Shown here: positions 48,346 to 56,989 of the stretch, piece by piece
How the letters are laid out: the number at the start of each line of letters is the position of its first letter
How positions within the stretch are numbered: the first letter of the stretch is position 1
Assembly (NCBI GenBank): GCA_964652895.1
Contig: CAZZCH010000006.1
Location: forward strand, 1 to 63,172
Source of the DNA: an uncultured Eubacteriales bacterium
GTDB lineage: Bacteria; Acidobacteriota; Aminicenantia; Aminicenantales; Saccharicenantaceae
Length of the DNA stretch: 63,172 nt
Direction of reading: 5' to 3'
Position numbers and translations under genes: made by a program
The notes under the pieces: model-generated
Database searches by the model: none
What the model was told of the DNA's origin: nothing
Seen by the model: the letters and a program-made list of their open reading frames with translations, nothing else

Positions 48346-48368
48346 CCCCGGTCTTGCAGGGACCGGGG
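48346..48368 (+). terminator. GC-rich hairpin CCCCGGTC-ttgcagg-GACCGGGG downstream of the permease gene
   Basis: 8-bp stem 21 nt after the stop. No clear U-tract, so intrinsic-terminator status is uncertain. Confidence 0.35.
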
Positions 48369-48377
48369 AGTCCCGAG

Positions 48378-48406
48378 TTGACTAAAACAGACCTTGGGAC
48401 TATTCT
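48378..48406 (+). promoter_or_regulatory. Candidate promoter of the TatT/TRAP operon (-35 TTGACT, 17 nt, -10 TATTCT)
   Basis: Hexamers at 48378-48383 and 48401-48406. Confidence 0.45.
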
Positions 48407-48459
48407 GATTGTCGTGGGAAGGGGTCGGCGTGGGTTGGATTTTAGCCGTGGAGGAACGC

Positions 48460-49419
48460 TTGCGGGGGTCTTCGAAGAAAACCCAAAAAGTCAACGTGGT
48501 GGCGGCCGGGATCGGACTCGCCGTTTTGCTCTCGCTCGGTTCATGCTCCCTGCAGAAGTTGGCCATGAACAAGGTGGCCGGGATGCTTTCCGGCTCCTCA
48601 TCGACCGACGTCTTCAGCTCGGACAACGACCCCGATTTCGTCGGGGACGCCCTGCCTTTCGCCATCAAGCTCTATGAATCCCTGCTCTCTTCGATGCCCG
48701 ACCACGCCGGGCTCCGGCTCCGCACCGGCAGCCTTTATATCATGTATGCCAACGCCTTCGTCCAGACGCCTGCCGATATGACGCCCCGCCGGGAAGGGGA
48801 ATTGAAAGAGTACCTCTTGGCCAGGGCTAAGAACCTTTATCTGCGGGGCAGGGACATCCTCTTCATCGGGCTCGAAAAAAGGAACCCCCTGATTCGCGGC
48901 CAGCTCAAGGAGCGGAAATATCAGGAGGCCATGGCGCCGTTCAAGAAGGAGGATGTTTCGCTCCTTTACTGGACGGCGGTCGGCTGGGTGGCCGCCTTCT
49001 CCGTCAATCCCTTCGACATGACCCTCGGACAGACGCTTCCCCAGACCGCGGCCATGATGGTCCGGGTCGCCGAGCTCGATCCCGACTTCAACCAGGGCGC
49101 CCTCCACGTGTTCTATATCAACTACTACGGATCCCTGCCCGACTATATGGGCGGCGACGCGGTCAAGGCCCGGAAGCATTTCGCCGAGGCGCAGAGAATC
49201 GCCGGGACGAAGGACACGTCGGCCCTGATGGCCCTGGCCACGACGGTGTGCATCAACGAGCAGAACGCGGGGGAGTTCAAAAAGTTCCTCGGCCAGGTCC
49301 TCGAATTCGACCCGGACGCGAGCCCGGAGAACCGCCTGGTCAACATCCTCAACCAGCGGAAGGCGCGCTGGTTCCTCGCGCATATCGACGACTTCTTCAT
49401 CGAACTGGAACGACCATGA
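48460..49419 (+). CDS. TatT-family TPR-like lipoprotein (TRAP-transporter accessory component)
   Basis: Start set at TTG 48460 after GGAGGA (M)RGSSKKTQKVNVVAAGIGLAVLLSLGSC (lipobox); the ORF track opens at TTG 48409. FVGDALPFAIKLYESLL...all-helical, as in T. pallidum TatT-type proteins. The stop overlaps the next start (ATGA). Confidence 0.75.
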   Translation: MRGSSKKTQKVNVVAAGIGLAVLLSLGSCSLQKLAMNKVAGMLSGSSSTDVFSSDNDPDFVGDALPFAIKLYESLLSSMPDHAGLRLRTGSLYIMYANAFVQTPADMTPRREGELKEYLLARAKNLYLRGRDILFIGLEKRNPLIRGQLKERKYQEAMAPFKKEDVSLLYWTAVGWVAAFSVNPFDMTLGQTLPQTAAMMVRVAELDPDFNQGALHVFYINYYGSLPDYMGGDAVKARKHFAEAQRIAGTKDTSALMALATTVCINEQNAGEFKKFLGQVLEFDPDASPENRLVNILNQRKARWFLAHIDDFFIELERP

Positions 49420-50435
49420 TCAATAAACTCACCGCCGCTCTCGCCGTCCTGGCGCTCGCGGCTTCGAACGCGCCCGCCGCTCCGGCCTCCTCCGGGGCGG
49501 TGGTCATCAAGATCGCCAGCATCGCCCCCGAGCGGTCACCCTGGGGCAAGGCCCTGGAGAAGGTCGCCCGGGACTGGGAGAGGATCTCGAACGGGACCGT
49601 CCAGGTCAAGATCTTCCCCAGCGGCATAGCCGGAAGCGAGCAGGACGTGATCCGTAAGATGCGCCTGGGAACGCTTCAGGGCGGCGTCTTCACCAGCATG
49701 GGCTTGTCGAAGATCGAGCCGTCCGTCACGGTCTTCAACATTCCCCTCCTCTTCCATTCGGCGGAGGAGTTCAGTTTCGTTTTCGACAAGATGAAACCCG
49801 CGTTCGAGAAGAAAATCGAGGAAAAGGGCTTCAAGATCATCCTCTGGACGCAAGCCGGCTGGGTCAACTTTTTCACCAAGAAGGAGGTGATCTTTCCCGG
49901 GGACCTGAAGAAGCTCAAGATCAGCGTCACGGACAACGACCCCGAGGTCGAGCAGGTCTGGAAAAAAATGGGCTTCGCGGTCGTCCCTGGCGACTTCAAG
50001 GACCTTATGGTCCAGCTCCAGAGCGGCATGGTCTCCGCCGCCTATCTGCCGCCCCTCCTGGCAGGGTCCGGGCAGTATTTCGCCGTCGTCCCCCACATGC
50101 TTTCCATGACCCTGGCGCCCCTCGTCGCCGGTCTCATCCTGAGTGACAAGGCTTGGGCGAGCATTCCGGCGGACCTGCGTCAGCCTTTCATCGCCTCCAT
50201 CGACGAGGCCTCCCGCGGCCTCTTCGAAGAGGCGCAGGCCCTGGAGGCCGATGCCGTGAAAATGATGAAGGAGAACGGCCTCATCGTCCACGACCCCCCC
50301 CCGGCCGCGTTGGAGGAATGGCGGCAGACCGCCGCCGAGGGCGTCAGGGACCTCATCGGGTCGAGGTTCTCCAAGGAAACGTATGACCAGATCGTCGGGT
50401 ATATCCAGGAATTCCGAAAAACCCGTGGCCAGTAG
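49416..50435 (+). CDS. TRAP transporter substrate-binding protein (DctP/TatP-type)
   Basis: Trimmed to ATG 49416 (MINKLTAALAVLALAASNAPA signal), 339 aa. IKIASIAPERSPWGKAL...VIRKMRLGTLQGGVFT is typical of DctP-family SBPs. Confidence 0.88.
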   Translation: MINKLTAALAVLALAASNAPAAPASSGAVVIKIASIAPERSPWGKALEKVARDWERISNGTVQVKIFPSGIAGSEQDVIRKMRLGTLQGGVFTSMGLSKIEPSVTVFNIPLLFHSAEEFSFVFDKMKPAFEKKIEEKGFKIILWTQAGWVNFFTKKEVIFPGDLKKLKISVTDNDPEVEQVWKKMGFAVVPGDFKDLMVQLQSGMVSAAYLPPLLAGSGQYFAVVPHMLSMTLAPLVAGLILSDKAWASIPADLRQPFIASIDEASRGLFEEAQALEADAVKMMKENGLIVHDPPPAALEEWRQTAAEGVRDLIGSRFSKETYDQIVGYIQEFRKTRGQ

Positions 50436-52281
50436 GGTCGTCCGCGCTGTTCACGCCGTCGAACAATCGCTGGCGTTTCTCTCCATCCTCTGTTTGGCCC
50501 TGGTCCTTCTCTTTGAAGCCGTTGCCCGCAAGGTCTTCCACACGGGGGTCCCGGACTCGACCAACTACATCCAACACCTCGTGCTCGCCGCCACCTTCAT
50601 AGCCGCGGCCATCACCTCTCGGGAAGGGAAGCATCTGGCGCTGGCGACGGCGACGTCGCTCCGCGAGCCGGTGAAGTCCATCGCCGCGGTCTCCACGGCC
50701 GTGATGTCGTCCGCGCTGACGCTCGCTTTCGGCCTGAGTTCGCTTTCGTTCGCCCGGAACGCCTTCGCCGCCACAGACAAGGTCGGCCCCCTCCCGAAGC
50801 GTCTCGTGGTGATGATCATGGCCGCGGGTTTCCTGGCCATGAGCGCCCGGTTCATCACGACACTCGAGAAAAAGAAAGCTCGGGTTCCGGCGGCGGTGGG
50901 GGCGGCGCTCCTGGGGCTTTTCTTCGGATTTGGCCCGCTCACCCACCTCCTGACCGGCGGCGGAACGGTGTCCCTGCCGGTCCTGGCGTCGGTCCGGGAT
51001 TTCCTCCACCCCGTGCTCTCGGGACTGGGGACGCCGCTCATCATCATTCTGATAGCTTCCGCCTTCCTCGGCTTGCCCATCTTCCTCGTTCTCGGGGGCG
51101 TCGGATTCCTCCTTTTCGCCAAGGCCGGCCAGCCGCTGGAGATCATTCCCAATCAGGCCTACGAGGTGCTCACGGGGAGCGCCATCCCGGCCATCCCGCT
51201 CTTCGCCGCCGTTGGCTTTTTCTTGTCCGAAAGCAAGGCGGGAGAGAGGATGGTCCGGTTCTTCCAGGCCGTATTCGGCTGGTTCCCCGGCGGTCTGACG
51301 ATCATGGCCGTCCTCGTCTGCGCCTTTTTCACGACGTTCACCGGCGCTTCGGGCGTGACCATCCTGGCCCTCGGCGGGCTCCTCTCGGTCATCCTTGAGA
51401 AGGCGGGTTATCCCAAAAGGTTCACGGTGGGGCTTCTGACCGCCGCGGGAAGCATCGGTCTCCTCTTCCCGCCGAGCCTGCCCGTCATCATCTATGGCGT
51501 GACGGCGCAGACGAGCATCAAAGACATGTTCGTGGGCGGGCTGCTGCCCGGCCTCTTCATGGTGATCTCCGTCATGATCATCGGTGTCGTCTATTCCTGG
51601 AAGCACGGCATCCCCCGCCATGCCCTGCGGGCGAAGGAGGCGCTGGCGGCCTTCCGCGAATCCTTCTGGGAGCTTCTCCTGCCTCTCGTCGTTTTCGGTC
51701 TGTATTTCGGAGGCCTCACCAGCTTGCAGGAAAGCGCCGCGGCCGCTCTTCTTTACGTCTGGGTGGTCGAGACTTTCATCAAGAAGGACACGAGGTTACG
51801 CGACCTGCCCCGGATCTTTCTCCGCTGCGTCCCGATCATCGGCGGCGTCCTGATCATCCTGGCCCTGGCCAACGGGCTTTCCTACTACATCATCGACGCC
51901 CAGATCCCGCAGAAGCTCACCGCCTGGGTCGCGGCGACGATCTCGTCGAAGTACGTCTTCCTGCTCATCCTCAACCTGACCCTGCTCGTCGTCGGCTGTT
52001 TCATGGATATCTACTCGGCCATCCTGGTCGTCGTGCCCTTGATCATCCCGCTCGGGAACCTCTTCGGCATCCACCCCGTCCATCTCGGCATCATCTTCCT
52101 GGCCAACATGGAGCTGGGCTATCTCACGCCGCCCGTCGGGCTGAACCTGTACCTGGCGTCCTACCGGTTCAACGAGCCGATCCAACGGGTGTACAGGGAC
52201 GTGCTGATGTTCCTGGTCCTGGGGCTGATTGCGGTCCTGCTCATCACCTACGTGCCGCTACTGACGACCGCGCTGCTTTGA
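50383..52281 (+). CDS. TRAP transporter fused small/large permease (DctQ-DctM)
   Basis: 632 aa. An N-terminal 4-TM DctQ-like part is followed by a DctM-like 12-TM part (GASGVTILALGGLL..., MELGYLTPPVGLNLY). The start could also be GTG 50425. Confidence 0.88.
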   Translation: MTRSSGISRNSEKPVASRVVRAVHAVEQSLAFLSILCLALVLLFEAVARKVFHTGVPDSTNYIQHLVLAATFIAAAITSREGKHLALATATSLREPVKSIAAVSTAVMSSALTLAFGLSSLSFARNAFAATDKVGPLPKRLVVMIMAAGFLAMSARFITTLEKKKARVPAAVGAALLGLFFGFGPLTHLLTGGGTVSLPVLASVRDFLHPVLSGLGTPLIIILIASAFLGLPIFLVLGGVGFLLFAKAGQPLEIIPNQAYEVLTGSAIPAIPLFAAVGFFLSESKAGERMVRFFQAVFGWFPGGLTIMAVLVCAFFTTFTGASGVTILALGGLLSVILEKAGYPKRFTVGLLTAAGSIGLLFPPSLPVIIYGVTAQTSIKDMFVGGLLPGLFMVISVMIIGVVYSWKHGIPRHALRAKEALAAFRESFWELLLPLVVFGLYFGGLTSLQESAAAALLYVWVVETFIKKDTRLRDLPRIFLRCVPIIGGVLIILALANGLSYYIIDAQIPQKLTAWVAATISSKYVFLLILNLTLLVVGCFMDIYSAILVVVPLIIPLGNLFGIHPVHLGIIFLANMELGYLTPPVGLNLYLASYRFNEPIQRVYRDVLMFLVLGLIAVLLITYVPLLTTALL

Positions 52282-52288
52282 CCCCTTA

Positions 52289-52630
52289 TTAATCGCGGTT
52301 GAAGTGGGGCATGTCCGACGGGATCTCGAGGGACAACTCGATGAAACCGGCGTAGACCCCGTCCTTGAACCAGGGCGCCTGGTAGATGAGCTTCTTTTTC
52401 CCGTTCTTCTGGATGGTGTAGACGTTCGTCCGGCGCTCGACCATCATCGTCTCGAGCTTGGTCCGGCTCGGCTCGGGATGGCAGGCGAGGACATCTTTTC
52501 CGACGAGTTTCGCCCCGCCGTCGGCGGCGAACACTTCGATCGAGCGGTCGTTCATGGCCACGATGCGCCCATCCGCGTCGCAGACCGTCACCGTTCCGGG
52601 GAACGTCTTGATCCAATCATTCATGCCCAT
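52289..52630 (-). CDS. Small stand-alone PAS-like domain protein
   Basis: 113 aa. ...VTVCDADGRIVAMNDRSIEVF...GKDVLACHPEPS...fits a single PAS fold. Same strand, immediately downstream of the acylase gene. Confidence 0.55.
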   Translation of the reverse strand: MGMNDWIKTFPGTVTVCDADGRIVAMNDRSIEVFAADGGAKLVGKDVLACHPEPSRTKLETMMVERRTNVYTIQKNGKKKLIYQAPWFKDGVYAGFIELSLEIPSDMPHFNRD

Positions 52631-52638
52631 GATGTCCT

Positions 52639-54363
52639 CTATTTCGGGGATTTCTTGACGAAAGCCCGGACGGCGTCGATGGCGTCGATGACGTGGCCGA
52701 CGCCGTCCGCCTCGAGCTTCTCCCGGCCGAAGCCCGGGATCCTAGCGATATGCCTGAGCTGAGTTCCTTTGACTTTGCCCCAGCGCCAGGTTTCGCCGAA
52801 GGGCCCCAGCCGTTTCTCCAGGTTGGCGATCGCCGATCGGAAGGCCAGTTTGGCGATGTCGTCGAGAGTTTCATCCAGGGGGTCCCTATCAGGTAGACCG
52901 GGGAGATCGAAGAATCCGCCGTGGGGGTCGTTCAGGATCTGATCGACCGTGACCTGGCTCGCCGGCCGGGGCATGCGCTCCATCTTCGCCGGCTTCTCAT
53001 CGTCCCAGGTCAGCCGGTTGAGCCCGTTCCAGAATTCGCGGAAGATCGTTGGGGCGATGAGAGCCGCCCGGGCCTCGAAGTTCCAGGCCCGGAGCTCCTC
53101 GAAGCTCTTTTTCTCGGCCTCCGTCGCCGGCTTCTCCTTGATGATGTCGAGAAGGCTCGGCAGGACGGCCCGGACCCGGATATCCAGGACGTCGGCCTGC
53201 ATGCGGACCATGTCGGCCGGAGTGATGTCGTGCGCCGACCGGAGGATCTCGTTGATCCGCGCTCCCCGCTCGTAGGGCGCATAGTCCCAGCCGAGGTAGT
53301 AGGGATAGCCGGCGTCGGCGGGCATCTGGTTGGCCGAGCTGACGAAGCCCCTGTCCGGGTCCTTGACGTGGGGGACGTGGCCTCGAGGGACCCAGCCGCG
53401 CCATTCGTCAGCCGGATCGGAGCCATCGAGGACGTAACGGCCCTGGCCCTTCCAGCGAAGAGGATATTTTCCGTCGTGCCAAATGGCGATCGTCCCCTCC
53501 CGGTCGGCGAAGACGATGTTCTGGGCCGGGCAGTCCCAGGTCTTGAGGGCTTGGACGTAGTCCTCGTAATTCCTAGCCCTGTTCAGGGCGTAGAGCGTCG
53601 AGAACTCGCTTGACGCGTCGTGGGCGAGCCAGCGCAGGGCCGCGTCCGGTGGGACGTTCATGTTAGTGAAAGGCGGCTCGTCCTTCAAGCGGACGACCGG
53701 GCCGTAGTGGGTGTAAACCACCTTGTCGACGACCGTCGTTCCGCCCCTGACCTTGATCTTCTCCTCACGGACGGACGTCTTTCGCCATTCGCCGCCATAG
53801 AGATACTCGGCCCGCGAGTCGTCCTTGAAGGTGATGTCGTACCAGTCGAGGACGTCGTCGGTGCCGTTGGTAAAACCCCAGGCGACATCTTTGTTGTAGC
53901 CGGCGATGACCAGGGGCGCGGCCGGAAAAGCGACCCCGCGGACGTTGACCCCGGGAGCGGAGAGCTGGATCTCATACCAAACCGCCGGGAGCGACAGCTC
54001 GAGGTGCATGTCGTTCGACAGGAGGGGGAAGCCGTTCCGGGTGAGCTTCCCGGAAACAGCCCAATTATTGCTGCCGAGGCCCGGGCCGGTGCGGTACCCC
54101 GGCGATTCGAAGCCGCCCGCGTCCGACGACGGAGTTTCAAGACCTCTCGAGGAGGCGGCGGGGCCGCTTGCGCCTCCTTTATTCCCGTCGTCTCCTTCCG
54201 CCCCTCCGCGGGACGGGACCGAAAGCGGCGTGAAATCGAGAGGCGTCCCCGGCGGGAGGACCGGGTCGACGAGGGGCGGCATGTAAGGGAATAGCCGGTC
54301 GACGAAGTTCTCCCATCCGGGCCATTCGCCCGGAACGTTCATCGTCTTCTTGATCTGCGTCAT
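52639..54363 (-). CDS. Penicillin-acylase-family Ntn hydrolase, distal part (end of alpha / spacer / beta subunit) of a gene interrupted by an in-frame TAG
   Basis: 574 aa. It contains the processing/nucleophile motif GLGSNNWAVSG and LLSNDMHLELSLPAVWYE. Its ATG lies 3 codons after the TAG that ends 54373-54999, in the same frame. Confidence 0.8.
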   Translation of the reverse strand: MTQIKKTMNVPGEWPGWENFVDRLFPYMPPLVDPVLPPGTPLDFTPLSVPSRGGAEGDDGNKGGASGPAASSRGLETPSSDAGGFESPGYRTGPGLGSNNWAVSGKLTRNGFPLLSNDMHLELSLPAVWYEIQLSAPGVNVRGVAFPAAPLVIAGYNKDVAWGFTNGTDDVLDWYDITFKDDSRAEYLYGGEWRKTSVREEKIKVRGGTTVVDKVVYTHYGPVVRLKDEPPFTNMNVPPDAALRWLAHDASSEFSTLYALNRARNYEDYVQALKTWDCPAQNIVFADREGTIAIWHDGKYPLRWKGQGRYVLDGSDPADEWRGWVPRGHVPHVKDPDRGFVSSANQMPADAGYPYYLGWDYAPYERGARINEILRSAHDITPADMVRMQADVLDIRVRAVLPSLLDIIKEKPATEAEKKSFEELRAWNFEARAALIAPTIFREFWNGLNRLTWDDEKPAKMERMPRPASQVTVDQILNDPHGGFFDLPGLPDRDPLDETLDDIAKLAFRSAIANLEKRLGPFGETWRWGKVKGTQLRHIARIPGFGREKLEADGVGHVIDAIDAVRAFVKKSPK

Positions 54364-54372
54364 CGCGGCATC

Positions 54373-54999
54373 CTAGCTGTATGAGCTGAGCGAGAAGGCC
54401 ATGGCCTTGAGGAGCAGGGCGCACTTATAGTCCGTCCACGGCTCCGGCCGGTAATCGAAGATCTTGTATTCGACGGGCAGGCCCTTGCGGCCCAGCGTCC
54501 GAATAAAGGCGTTGACCCCGGCGGTGAAGGCGTCGACAACCTCAAGCATCTTGGGGTCGTCGCGGAAGGCGCGGACGGCGTTTTCCGCGGCCCAAGGGAG
54601 CCCGAATCGCCGCGTGAAAATGTCCTGCCTCAAGCCGGCCGGACCGACGACTTCGGAGATGCGGCCGGCCGTGTAAAGGCACCCGAACTCCATCTGCCAG
54701 AGGCGGAGCGAAGCGGCGACGTAGCCCTGGGCCAGGTACAGGTCATGGTCGTTTTGGGCGAAGATGTGAGGCACGCGCCGCGCATCCCAGACGACCCGGA
54801 CCTCGTCGCGCAGGCCCGGAACGGCCAGCTTATCGGGGACGGCGTCGGACCGGCTGCCATTCTGCCAGAAGCCGGCGAACGGGTCGAGGAGCTTGCCCAG
54901 CGCGGGGAACGTGCCGTGGCGGTTATCGAGGCCCCAGAATATCGCGGCCGCGAGGGCGAGGGAAACGATCGCCCGGACCCATCTCATGCATACCTCCAT
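54373..54999 (-). CDS. Penicillin-acylase-family Ntn hydrolase, N-terminal (alpha) part ending at an in-frame TAG
   Basis: 208 aa. Signal peptide, and VWDARRVPHIFAQNDHDLYLAQGYVAASLRLWQME...GRISEV, typical of the alpha subunit. The TAG is at 54373-54375. Confidence 0.8.
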   Translation of the reverse strand: MEVCMRWVRAIVSLALAAAIFWGLDNRHGTFPALGKLLDPFAGFWQNGSRSDAVPDKLAVPGLRDEVRVVWDARRVPHIFAQNDHDLYLAQGYVAASLRLWQMEFGCLYTAGRISEVVGPAGLRQDIFTRRFGLPWAAENAVRAFRDDPKMLEVVDAFTAGVNAFIRTLGRKGLPVEYKIFDYRPEPWTDYKCALLLKAMAFSLSSYS

Positions 55000-55149
55000 G
55001 CCGATCGCGCGAACTCCGGATGTATTGTCCGGAGTTATAGCACAGCGCCTCTGCCGGTGGCAATTCGGGATTCCCCGAAATCAGGAGAAGAACCAAATGA
55101 TATGGGCGGGGACCGGCCGTTCTGATAAAATGCCAGGCAGGAGGGCGAC

Positions 55150-55845
55150 ATGTCCGACGACGCCGTTTTTTCCGGGTTTACCAAAGAGACGGTCCGCTTC
55201 TTCACGGCGCTCCGCAAGAACAATAACAAGGAATGGTTCGACAGGAACCGGGAGACCTACGACCGGCACATCATGGCGCCGGCCAAGCTCTTCGTCACGG
55301 CCATGGGGGAAAGGCTGCGGCGGATAGCCCCGCACATCGTCGCCGTGCCCAAGGTCAACAAGTCCATCTTTCGTATCAACCGTGACACGCGCTTCAGCCT
55401 GGACCCCGTGCCCTACAAGACGAACCTCGGCATCTTATTCTGGGACGGTGCCCGCCCGAGGCTGGAAACGTCGGGCTTCTATTTCCACCTCGAACCGCCC
55501 GACCTATGGCTCGGCGTGGGCATGTACATGATCCCGGACTCCCTCCTCGGCCGCTTTCGGAAGGCCGTCGTCGATCCGAAGAGCGGCGCGGAGATCCGAA
55601 AGATCAAGGTCGCGATCTCGGCCAGGGCGGGCTTCTCCTTGGGCGGCGGGCACTACAAACGTGTTCCGGCCGGTTTTGACCCCGACCATCCGAACGCCGC
55701 GCTCCTCAAGCACAATGGCCTCTACGCCAGCTCCGAGGCGAAGATCCCCGAGGAGTTCTTTTCGGCCCGACTCGTCGATTACTGTTTCAAGCGCTACGAG
55801 CCGCTGGCGCCCCTCCACCGCTGGCTGATGAAGGTCATCGGATGA
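55150..55845 (+). CDS. DUF2461 (TIGR02453) family protein
   Basis: 231 aa. FSGFTKETVRFFTALRKNNNKEWFDRNRETY...SIFRINRDTRFS is the characteristic family signature. Confidence 0.85.
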   Translation: MSDDAVFSGFTKETVRFFTALRKNNNKEWFDRNRETYDRHIMAPAKLFVTAMGERLRRIAPHIVAVPKVNKSIFRINRDTRFSLDPVPYKTNLGILFWDGARPRLETSGFYFHLEPPDLWLGVGMYMIPDSLLGRFRKAVVDPKSGAEIRKIKVAISARAGFSLGGGHYKRVPAGFDPDHPNAALLKHNGLYASSEAKIPEEFFSARLVDYCFKRYEPLAPLHRWLMKVIG

Positions 55846-55882
55846 GCAGTTCCGCTTCGTAAGCGTCCGGCTCACCCGCTTT

Positions 55883-56863
55883 TCAGTTCTTAACGACGGT
55901 ATAGCGGACGACCTTGGGGAAATTCTCTGCCTCGACGAAATATATCCGGCCCTGTTGATCGGAGACGTACGGTGTCCCGGGTAGGTCCATCGCTCCGACT
56001 TGCTTTCCGGCCTGGAAGATGTCTGCCGTTTTTTTAGCCCCGGGGTCGGGATTTTGGAAGACCACGAAGATGAACTCGCCGCTCTTAATGATATGAGCTG
56101 CCGTGGAGAAGAACCCCCGGCCTCTTTGCTGGATGGGTTTGAAAAGCTCATTCTTGCCCTTCAGGACCTGTTCAAGGCGGCCGTCCTTGAAGACCGAGAC
56201 CTCGTACCTGTGCGGGTTGAGGACGAATATCCTTCCGTCCTTCGAACAATTGAAGAGGATCGGCGAGCCGAACATCGGCATCTCTTTCATCTGTTCCAGT
56301 TCCGCGGGGGGAGTGAATGTGTCGCCGAAGGAAGCAAGGAGCTTCCCCGTCTGGTCAAAGACATGCAGGATCTTTCCGCCATTCGGTCCGATGGCGACCA
56401 GGTCCTCCGTCCCGGCACAACCGATCGAGGAGATCATGAAGTCGACAAGGAACGACCGGAGGAATTGACCGTCCGGGCCGTAGACGATGACTTTGCGCGT
56501 GTCGTTGACGAAGAGCGTGCCGTCGGGTGTGACGGCGATACCGCTGAGGTTCGTCGCTTCTCGGGGACCCTGTCCCGCGGGCACGGCGATGGTTCTTAAA
56601 AGCTTGCCGTCCTTGTCGAATACGACGATTTTGCGAAACTTATAATCCAGGATGTAGATATTCCCTCTCCCGTCGAGGTCGATCCGGGAGATCGAGCCGA
56701 ACATCAGGTTCTCGTCGCCGTCCTCGACGCCGATGGTCAGGTCGGGTTTCAGGGTGACTGACGGAGCCTGTCCAGCCGCGGTCGATATCCTTGTGGCTGC
56801 GGTCCCAACGAAGGCGACGATACAAAAGATCACCGGGAAAAACTTCAATGAATGCTTTTTCAT
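55883..56863 (-). CDS. Secreted 6-bladed (NHL-like) beta-propeller protein
   Basis: Trimmed to ATG 56861-56863 after GGGAGGG, 326 aa. Signal peptide. Repeated blades of the type GNIYILDYKFRKIVVFDKDGKLLRTI / GTLFVNDTRKVIVYGPDGQFLRSF. Confidence 0.8.
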   Translation of the reverse strand: MKKHSLKFFPVIFCIVAFVGTAATRISTAAGQAPSVTLKPDLTIGVEDGDENLMFGSISRIDLDGRGNIYILDYKFRKIVVFDKDGKLLRTIAVPAGQGPREATNLSGIAVTPDGTLFVNDTRKVIVYGPDGQFLRSFLVDFMISSIGCAGTEDLVAIGPNGGKILHVFDQTGKLLASFGDTFTPPAELEQMKEMPMFGSPILFNCSKDGRIFVLNPHRYEVSVFKDGRLEQVLKGKNELFKPIQQRGRGFFSTAAHIIKSGEFIFVVFQNPDPGAKKTADIFQAGKQVGAMDLPGTPYVSDQQGRIYFVEAENFPKVVRYTVVKN

Positions 56864-56989
56864 GGTCCCTCCCTTTAAGCCGCATGCATTATAGATAATA
56901 ACGACGGCCGTCCGCAATGTGTTTATGCGGTCGCCACAATGACGTCCGGCTGGAACGCTTGCGCGTTCGGCCCAAAGGGAAAGCCCGAT

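Noticed and set aside
54373-54375. The in-frame TAG of the acylase gene as a pyrrolysine codon, prompted by the MttB homolog in the same window.
   Set aside because: The MttB homolog itself has no in-frame TAG (non-Pyl type), no pylTSBCD-like genes are visible, and many genes in the window use TAG as a genuine stop.
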